64,000 nt of DNA, taken from contig OZ024740.1 in assembly GCA_964016885.1 (NCBI GenBank), forward strand, positions 398,226,001 through 398,290,000, written 5' to 3'. Below, one piece after another: positions 53,701 to 64,000 of this stretch. Each line of letters begins with the position of its first letter. The first letter of the stretch is position 1. This DNA comes from Eledone cirrhosa (Eukaryota). Below the pieces are notes generated by a model that saw only the letters and a program-made list of their open reading frames with translations, searched no databases and was not told the origin of the DNA. Made by a program: the position numbers and the translations under genes.

Positions 53701-56700
53701 TCACCCAGACTGTCATATTGTATCACTCAGACTGTCATATAGTATCACTCAGACTGTCATATTGTATCACCCAGGCTGTCATATAGTATCACTCAGACTG
53801 TCATATTGTATCACTCAGACTATCGTATAGTATCACTCAGACTGTCATATAGTATCACTCAGTCTGTCATATAGTATCACTCAGACTGTCATATTATATC
53901 ACTCAGACTGTCATATAGTATCTCTCAGACTGTCATATTGTATCATTCAGACTGTCATATTGTATCACTCAGACTGTCATATTGTATCGCCCAGACTGTC
54001 ATATTGTATCACTAAGACTGTCATATAGTATCACTCAGACTGTCATATAGTATCACTCAGACTGTCATATTGTATCACTCAGACTGTCGTATAGTATCAC
54101 TCAGACTGTCATATAGGATCACTCAGACTGTCATATAGTATCACTCAGACTGTCATATAGAATCACTCAGACTGTCGTATTGTATCACCCAGACTGTCAT
54201 ATTGTATAACTCAGACTGTCATATTGTATCACTCAGACTGTCGTATAGCATCACTCAGACTGTCATATAGTATCACTCAGACTGTCATATAGTATCACTC
54301 AGACTGTCATATAGTATCACTCAGACTGTCATATAGTATCACTCAGACTGTCATATTGTATCACCCAGACTGTCATATAGTATCACTCAGACTGTCTTAT
54401 TGTATCACTCAGACTGTCATATTGTATCACTCAGACTGTCATATTGTATCACCCAGACTGTCATATAGTATCACTCAGACTGTCATATTGTATCACTCAG
54501 ACTATCGTATAGTATCACTCAGACTGTCATATAGTATCACTCAGACTGTCATATAGTATCACTCAGACTGTCATATTGTATCACCCAGACTGTTATATTG
54601 TATCACTCAGACTGTCATATTGTATCACTCAGACTGTCGTATAGTATCACTCAGACTGTCATATAGTATCACTCAGACTGTCATATAGTATCACTCAGAC
54701 TGTCGTATTGTATCACCCACACTGTCATATAGTATCACTCAGACTGTCATATAGTATCACTCAGACTGTCATATAGTACCACTCAGACTGTCATATTGTA
54801 TCACTCAGACTGTCGTATAGTATCACTCAGACTGTCATATAGTGTCACTCAGACTGTCATATAGTATCACTCAAACTGTCATATAGTATCACTCAGACTG
54901 TCATATAGTATCACTCAGACTGTCGTATTGTATCACCCAGACTGTCATATTGTATCACTCAGACTGTCATATTGTATCACTCAGACTGCCGTATAGTATC
55001 ACTCAGACTGTCATATAGTATCACTCAGACTGTCATATAGTATCACTCAGACTGTCATATAGTATCACTCAGACTGTCATATAGTATCACTCAGACTGTC
55101 GTATTGTATCACCCAGACTGTCATATTGTATCACTGTCGTATAGTATCACTCAGACTGTCATATTGTATCACTCAGACTGTCATATTGTATCAATCAGAC
55201 TGTCATATACTATCACTCAGACTGTCATATAGTATCACTCAGACTGTCATATAGTATCACTCAGACTGTCATATAGTATCACTCAGACTGTCATATTGTA
55301 TCAGTCAGACTGTCATATTGTATCTCTCAGACTGTCATATTGTATCATTCAGACTGTCATATTGTATCACTCAGACTGTCATATAGTATCACTCAGACTG
55401 TCATATAGTATCATTCAGACTGTCATATAATATCACTCAGACTGTCATATAGTATCATTCAGACTGTCATATTGTATCACTCAAACTGTCATATAGTATC
55501 ACTCAGACTGTCATATTGTATCACTCCGACTGTCATATAGTATCTCTCAGACTGTCATATAGTATCACTCAGACTGTCATATAGTATCACTCAGACTGTC
55601 ATATTGTATCACTGAGACGGTCATATTGTATCACTCAGACTGTCATATAGTATCACTCAGACTGTCATATTGTATCACTCAGACTGTCATATAGTATCAC
55701 TCATACTGTCATATTGTATCTCTCAGACTGTCATAAAGTATCACTCAGACTATCATATTGTATCACTCAGATTGTCATATAGTATCATTCAGACTGTCAT
55801 ATTGTATCACTCAGACTCAAATATAGTATCATTCAGACTGTCATTGTGTATCACTCAGACTGTCATATGGTATCTCTCAGACTGTCATATAGTATCATTC
55901 AGACTGTCATATTGTATCACTCAGACTGTCATATAGTATCTCTCAGACTGTCGTATAGTATCACTCAGACTGTCATATAGTATCATTCAGACTGTCATAT
56001 TGTATCACTCAGACTGTCAAATTGTATCATTCAGACTGTCATATAGTATCACTCAGACTGTCATGTAGTATCACTCAGACTGTCATATCGTATCACCCAG
56101 ACTGTCATATTGTATCACTCAGACTGTCATATAGTATCACTCAGACTGTCATATTGTATCACTCAGACCATCGTACTGTATCACTCAGATTGTCATATTG
56201 TATAATTCAGACTGTCATATTGTATCATTCAGACTGTCATATAGTATCACTCAGACTGTCATATAGTATCATTCAGACTGTCATATTGTATCACTCAGAC
56301 TGTCATATTGTATCACTCAGACTGTCATATTGTATCACTCAGACTGTCATATAGTATCACTCAGACTGTCATATAGCATCACTCACAATGTCATATTGTA
56401 TCATTCAGACTGTCATATAGTATCACTCAGACTGTCATATTGTATCATTCAGACTGTCATATTGTATTACTCAGACTGTCATATTGTATCACTCAGACTG
56501 TCATATTGTATCACTCAAACTGTCATATTGTATCACCCAGACTGTCATATTGTATCACTCAGACTGTCATATAGTATCACTCAGACTGTCATATTGTATC
56601 ACCCAGGCTGTCATATAGTATCACTCAGACTGTCATATTGTATCACTCAGACTATCGTATAGTATCACTCAGACTGTCATATAGTATCACTCAGTCTGTC

Positions 56701-59700
56701 ATATAGTATCACTCAGACTGTCATATTATATCACTCAGACTGTCATATAGTATCTCTCAGACTGTCATATTGTATCATTCAGACTGTCATATTGTATCAC
56801 TCAGACTGTCATATTGTATCGCCCAGACTGTCATATTGTATCACTAAGACTGTCATATAGTATCACTCAGACTGTCATATAGTATCACTCAGACTGTCAT
56901 ATTGTATCACTCAGACTGTCGTATAGTATCACTCAGACTGTCATATAGGATCACTCAGACTGTCATATAGTATCACTCAGACTGTCATATAGAATCACTC
57001 AGACTGTTGTATTGTATCACCCAGACTGTCATATTGTATAACTCAGACTGTCATATTGTATCACTCAGACTGTCGTATAGCATCACTCAGACTGTCATAT
57101 AGTATCACTCAGACTGTCATATAGTATCACTCAGACTGTCATATAGTATCACTCAGACTGTCATATAGTATCACTCAGACTGTCATATTGTATCACCCAG
57201 ACTGTCATATAGTATCACTCAGACTGTCTTATTGTATCACTCAGACTGTCATATTGTATCACTCAGACTGTCATATTGTATCACCCAGACTGTCATATAG
57301 TATCACTCAGACTGTCATATTGTATCACTCAGACTATCGTATAGTATCACTCAGACTGTCATATAGTATCACTCAGACTGTCATATAGTATCACTCAGAC
57401 TGTCATATTGTATCACTCAGACTGTCATATTGTATCACCCAGACTGTTATATTGTATCACTCAGACTGTCATATTGTATCACTCAGACTGTCGTATAGTA
57501 TCACTCAGACTGTCATATAGTATCACTCAGACTGTCATATAGTATCACTCAGACTGTCGTATTGTATCACCCACACTGTCATATAGTATCACTCAGACTG
57601 TCATATAGTATCACTCAGACTGTCATATAGTACCACTCAGACTGTCATATTGTATCACTCAGACTGTCGTATAGTATCACTCAGACTGTCATATAGTGTC
57701 ACTCAGACTGTCATATAGTATCACTCAAACTGTCATATAGTATCACTCAGACTGTCATATAGTATCACTCAGACTGTCGTATTGTATCACCCAGACTGTC
57801 ATATTGTATCACTCAGACTGTCATATTGTATCACTCAGACTGCCGTATAGTATCACTCAGACTGTCATATAGTATCACTCAGACTGTCATATAGTATCAC
57901 TCAGACTGTCATATAGTATCACTCAGACTGTCATATAGTATCACTCAGACTGTCGTATTGTATCACCCAGACTGTCATATTGTATCACTGTCGTATAGTA
58001 TCACTCAGACTGTCATATTGTATCACTCAGACTGTCATATTGTATCACTCAGACTGTCATATTGTATCAATCAGACTGTCATATACTATCACTCAGACTG
58101 TCATATAGTATCACTCAGACTGTCATATAGTATCACTCAGACTGTCATATAGTATCACTCAGACTGTCATATTGTATCAGTCAGACTGTCATATTGTATC
58201 TCTCAGACTGTCATATTGTATCATTCAGACTGTCATATTGTATCACTCAGACTGTCATATAGTATCACTCAGACTGTCATATAGTATCATTCAGACTGTC
58301 ATATAATATCACTCAGACTGTCATATAGTATCATTCAGACTGTCATATTGTATCACTCAGACTGTCATATAGTATCACTCAGACTGTCATATTGTATCAC
58401 TCCGACTGTCATATAGTATCTCTCAGACTGTCATATAGTATCACTCAGACTGTCATATAGTATCACTCAGACTGTCATATTGTATCACTGAGACGGTCAT
58501 ATTGTATCACTCAGACTATCATATTGTATCACTCAGATTGTCATATAGTATCATTCAGACTGTCATATTGTATCACTCAGACTCAAATATAGTATCATTC
58601 AGACTGTCATTGTGTATCACTCAGACTGTCATATGGTATCTCTCAGACTGTCATATAGTATCATTCAGACTGTCATATTGTATCACTCAGACTGTCATAT
58701 AGTATCTCTCAGACTGTCGTATAGTATCACTCAGACTGTCATATAGTATCATTCAGACTGTCATATTGTATCACTCAGACTGTCAAATTGTATCATTCAG
58801 ACTGTCATATAGTATCACTCAGACTGTCATGTAGTATCACTCAGACTGTCATATCGTATCACCCAGACTGTCATATTGTATCACTCAGACTGTCATATAG
58901 TATCACTCAGACTGTCATATAGCATCACTCAGACTGTCATGTGGTATCACCCAGACTGTCATATTGTATCACTCAGACTGTCATATTGTATCATTCAGAC
59001 TGTCATATAACATCACTCAGACTGTCATATAGTATCACTCAGACTGTCCTATAGTATCACTCAGACTGTCATATTCTATCTTTCAGACTGTCATATAGTA
59101 TCACTCAGACTGTCATATAGTATCACTCAGACTGTCATATAGTATCACTCAGACTGTCGTATTGTATCACTCAGACTGTCATATTGTATCACTCGGACTG
59201 TCATATGGTATCACTCAGACTGTCTTATTGTATCACTCAGACTGTCATATTGTATCACTCAGACTGTCATATTGTATCACTCAGACTGTCATATTGTATC
59301 ACCCAGACTGTCATATAGTATCACTCAGACTGTCATATTGTATCACTCAGACAAATCGTATAGTATCACTCAGACTGTCATATAGTATCACTCAGACTGT
59401 CATATAGTATCACTCAGACTGTCATATTGTATCACTCAGACTGTCATATAGTATCTCTCAGACTGTCATATTGTATCATTCAGACTCTCATATTGTATCA
59501 CTCAGACTGTCATATTGTATCACCCAGACTGTTATATTGTATCACTCACACTGTCATATTGTATCACTCACACTGTCATATAGTATCACTCAGACTGTCA
59601 TATTGTATCACCCAGACTGTCATATTGTATCACTCAGACTGTCATATTGTATCACCCAGACTGTTATATTGTATCACTCACACTGTCATATTGTATCACT

Positions 59701-62700
59701 CACACTGTCATATAGTATCACTCAGACTGTCGTATTGTATCACCCAGACTGTCGTATAGTATCACTCAGACTGTCATATAGTATCACTCAGACTGTCATA
59801 TAGTATCACTCAGACTGTCATATTGTATCACTCAGACTGTCATATAGTATCACTCAGACTGTCATATAGTATCACTCAGACTGTCATATTGTATCATTCA
59901 GACTGTCATATAGTATCACTCAGACTGTCATATTGTATCTCTCAGACTGTCATAAAGTATCACTCAGACTGTCATATTGTATCACTCAGACTGTCATATA
60001 GTATCATTCAGACTGTCATATTGTATCACTCAGACTCAAATATAGTATCATTCAGACTGTCATTTTGTATCACTCAGACTGTCATATGGTATCTCTCACA
60101 CTGTCATATAGTATCATTCAGACTGTCATATTGTATCACTCAGACTGTCATATAGTATCTCTCAGACTGTCGTATAGTATCACTCAGACTGTCATATTGT
60201 ATCATTCAGACTGTCATATAGTATCACTCAGACTGTCATATCGTATCACCCAGACTGTCATATTGTATCACTCAGACTGTCATATAGTATCACTCAGACT
60301 GTCATATAGCATCACTCAGACTGTCATATAGTATCACCCAGACTGTCATATTGTATCACTCAGACTGTCATATTGTATCATTCAGACTGTCATATAATAT
60401 CACTCAGACTGTCATATAGTATCACTCAGACTGTCCTATAGTGTCACTCAGACTGTCATATTGTATCATTCAGACTGTCATATAGTATCACGCAGACTGT
60501 CATATAGTATCACTCAGACTGTCATATAGTATCACTCAGACTGTCGTATTTTATCACTCAGACTGTCATATTGTATCACTCAGACTGTCATATGGTATCA
60601 CTCAGACTGTCATATTGTATCACTCAGACTGTCATATAGTATCACTCAGACTGTCATATTGTATCTCTCAGTCTTTCATATTGTATCACACAGACTGTCA
60701 TATTGTATCACTCAGACTGTCATATTGTATCATTCAGACTGTCATATTGTATCATTCAGACTGTCATATTGTATCACTCAGACTGTCATATTGTATCATT
60801 CAGACTGTCATATTGTATCACTCAGACTGTCATATTGTATCACTCAGACTGTCATATTGCATCACTCAGACTGTCATATAGTATCACTCATACTGTCATA
60901 TTGTATCACTCAGACTGTCATATAGTATCACTCAGACTGTCATATTGTATCACTCAGACTGTCATATTGTATCACTCAGACTGTCATATAGTATCTCTCA
61001 GACTGTCATATAGTATCACTCAAACTGTCGTATTGTATCACTCAGACTGTCATATAGTATCACTCAGACTGTCATATTGTATCACTCAGACTGTCATACT
61101 GTATCACTCAGACTGTCATATAGTATCACTCAGACTGTCATATTGTATCACTCAGACTGTCATATAGTATCTCTCAGACTGTCATATAGTATCACTCAAA
61201 CTGTCGTATTGTATCACTCAGACTGTCATATAGTATCTCTCAGACTGTCATATAGTATCACTCAAACTGTCATATTGTATCACTCAGACTGTCGTATTGT
61301 ATCACTCAGACTGTCATATAGTATCACTCAGAGTGTCATATTGTATCACTCATACTGTCATATTGTATCACTCAGACTGTCATATTGTATCACTCAGACT
61401 GTCATACTGTATCACTCTGACTGTCATATTGTATCACTCAGACTGTAATATTGTATCACTCAGACTGTCGTATAGTATCACTCAGACTGTCATATTGTAT
61501 CATTCAGACTGTCATATTGTATCACTCAGACTGTCATATTGTATCACTCAGACTGTCATATTGTATCACTCAGACTGTCATATAGTATCACTCAGACTGT
61601 CATATTGTATCACTCAGACTGTCATATTGTATCACTCAGACTGTCATATAGTATCTCTCAGACTGTCATATAGTATCACTCAAACTGTCGTATTGTATCA
61701 TTCAAACTGTCATATTGTATCACTCAGACTGTCATATAGTATCACTCAGACTGTCATATAGTATCACTCAGACTGTCACATAGTATCACTCAGACTGTCA
61801 TATTGTATCACTCAGACTGTCATATTGTATCACTCAGACTGTCATATAGTATCACTCAGACTGTCATATTGTATCACGCAGACTGTCATATTGTATCACT
61901 CAGACTGTCATATAGTATCACTCAGACTGTCATATTGTATCATTCAGACTGTCATACTGTATCACTCAGACTGTCATATAGTATCACTCAGACTGTCATA
62001 TAGTATCACTCAGACTGTCATAGAGTATCATTCAGACTGTCATATTGTATCACTCAGACTGTCGTATAGTATCACTCAGACTATCGTATTGTATCACTCA
62101 GACTGTCATATAGTATCACTCAGACTGTCATATTGTATCACTCAGACTGTCATATAGTATCACTCAGACTGTCATATTGTATCACTCAGACTGTCATATA
62201 GTATCACTCAGACTGTCATATTGTATCATTCAGATTGTCATACTGTATCACTCAGACTGTCATATAGTATCACTCAGACGGTCATATTGTATCATTCAGA
62301 CTGTCATATAGTATAACTCAGACTGTCATATAGTATCATTCAGACTGTCATATTGTATCACTCAGACTGTCGTATAGTATCACTCAGACTATCGTATTGT
62401 ATCACTCAGACTGTCATATAGTATCACTCAGACTGTCATATTGTATCACTCAGACTGTCATATAGTATCACTCAGACTGTCATATTGTATCACTCAGACT
62501 GTCATATAGTATCACTCAGACTGTCATATTGTATCATTCAGATTGTCATACTGTATCACTCAGACTGTCATATAGTATCACTCAGACGGTCATATTGTAT
62601 CATTCAGACTGTCATATAGTATAACTCAGACTGTCATATAGTATCATTCAGACTGTCATATTGTATCACTCAGACTGTCGTATAGTATCACTCAGACTAT

Positions 62701-64000
62701 CGTATTGTATCACTCAGACTGTCATATAGTATCACTCAGACTGTCATATTGTATCACTCAGACTGTCATATAGTATCACTCAGACTGTCATATTGTATCA
62801 CTCAGACTGTCATATAGTATCACTCAGACTGTCATATTGTATCATTCAGATTGTCATACTGTATCACTCAGACTGTCATATAGTATCACGCAGACGGTCA
62901 TATTGTATCATTCAGACTGTCATATAGTATCACTCAGACAGTCATATAGTATAACTCAGACTGTCATATTGTATCATTCAGACTGTCATATTGTATCACT
63001 CAGACGGTCATATAGTATCACTCAGACGGTCATATTGTATCACTCAGACTGTCATATTGTATCACCCAGACTGTCATATTGTATCACTCATACTGTCATA
63101 TTGTATCACTCAGACTGTCATATTGTATCACTCAGACTGTCATACTGTATCACTCTGACTGTCATATTGTATCACTCAGACTGTAATATTGTATCATTCA
63201 GACTGTCATATTGTATCACTCAGACTGTCATATTGTATCACTCAGACTGTCATATTGTATCACTCAGACTGTCATATAGTATCACTCAGACTGTCATATT
63301 GTATCACTCAGACTGTCATATTGTATCACTCAGACTGTCATATAGTATCTTTCAGACTGTCATATAGTATCACTCAAACTGTCGTATTGTATCATTCAAA
63401 CTGTCATATTGTATCACTCAGACTGTCATATAGTATCACTCAGACTGTCATATAGTATCACTCAGACTGTCATATAGTATCACTCAGACTGTCATATTGT
63501 ATCACTCAGACTGTCATATTGTATCACTCAGACTGTCATATAGTATCACTCAGACTGTCATATTGTATCACTCAGACTGTCATATTGTATCACTCAGACT
63601 GTCATATAGTATCACTCAGACTGTCATATTGTATCATTCAGACTGTCATATTGTATCACTCAGACTGTCATATAGTATCACTCAGACTGTCATATAGTAT
63701 CACTCAGACTGTCATAGAGTATCATTCAGACTGTCATATTGTATCACTCAGACTGTCGTATAGTATCACTCAGACTATCGTATTGTATCACTCAGACTGT
63801 CATATAGTATCACTCAGACTGTCATATTGTATCACTCAGACTGTCATATAGTATCACTCAGACTGTCATATTGTATCACTCAGACTGTCATATAGTATCA
63901 CTCAGACTGTCATATTGTATCATTCAGATTGTCATACTGTATCACTCAGACTGTCATATAGTATCACTCAGACGGTCATATTGTATCATTCAGACTGTCA
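38738..64000. repeat. 22-bp satellite array, consensus ACTGTCATAT(T/A)GTATCACTCAG, more than 25 kb, running off the window
   Basis: About 1150 tandem monomers. Recurring variant patterns define higher-order repeats. Confidence 0.98.

Noticed and set aside
38722-63851. Dozens of ORFs of the type YHSDCHIVSLRLSYCITQTVI, superficially Cys/His zinc-finger-like
   Set aside because: They are translations of the 22-bp satellite (66-bp reading period), broken wherever the TAG variant falls in frame.
38738-64000. CRISPR array, or tandem hammerhead cores (CTGAGTGA on the minus strand)
   Set aside because: There are no unique spacers or cas genes and the context is eukaryotic. The motif is not CUGANGA and has no GAAA partner.

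Overview
Eukaryotic, very repeat-rich, gene-poor DNA. The (TA)n/(TACA)n microsatellite load and the SINE families suggest a cephalopod, probably Octopus; this is an inference. Bases 1-38.7 kb are a mosaic of non-LTR retrotransposons: two Tx1/L1-like LINEs (one with an intact APE-RT-CCHC ORF2), R4/Dong-like RLE elements, short RTE-derived bipartite elements and a Penelope-like GIY-YIG remnant. They are mixed with two tRNA-derived SINE families, hAT and mariner MITEs, microsatellites and minisatellites. A cluster of foldback (inverted-repeat) elements lies inside (TA)n tracts at 6.2-10.7 kb, and several of them carry recognisable hammerhead ribozyme motifs; another hammerhead lies at 34.2 kb. 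From 38,738 to the window end runs a 22-bp satellite with nested higher-order periods of about 308 bp, 2.8 kb, 8.0 kb and 21.9 kb. No host gene can be called with confidence, and most listed ORFs are repeat artefacts.
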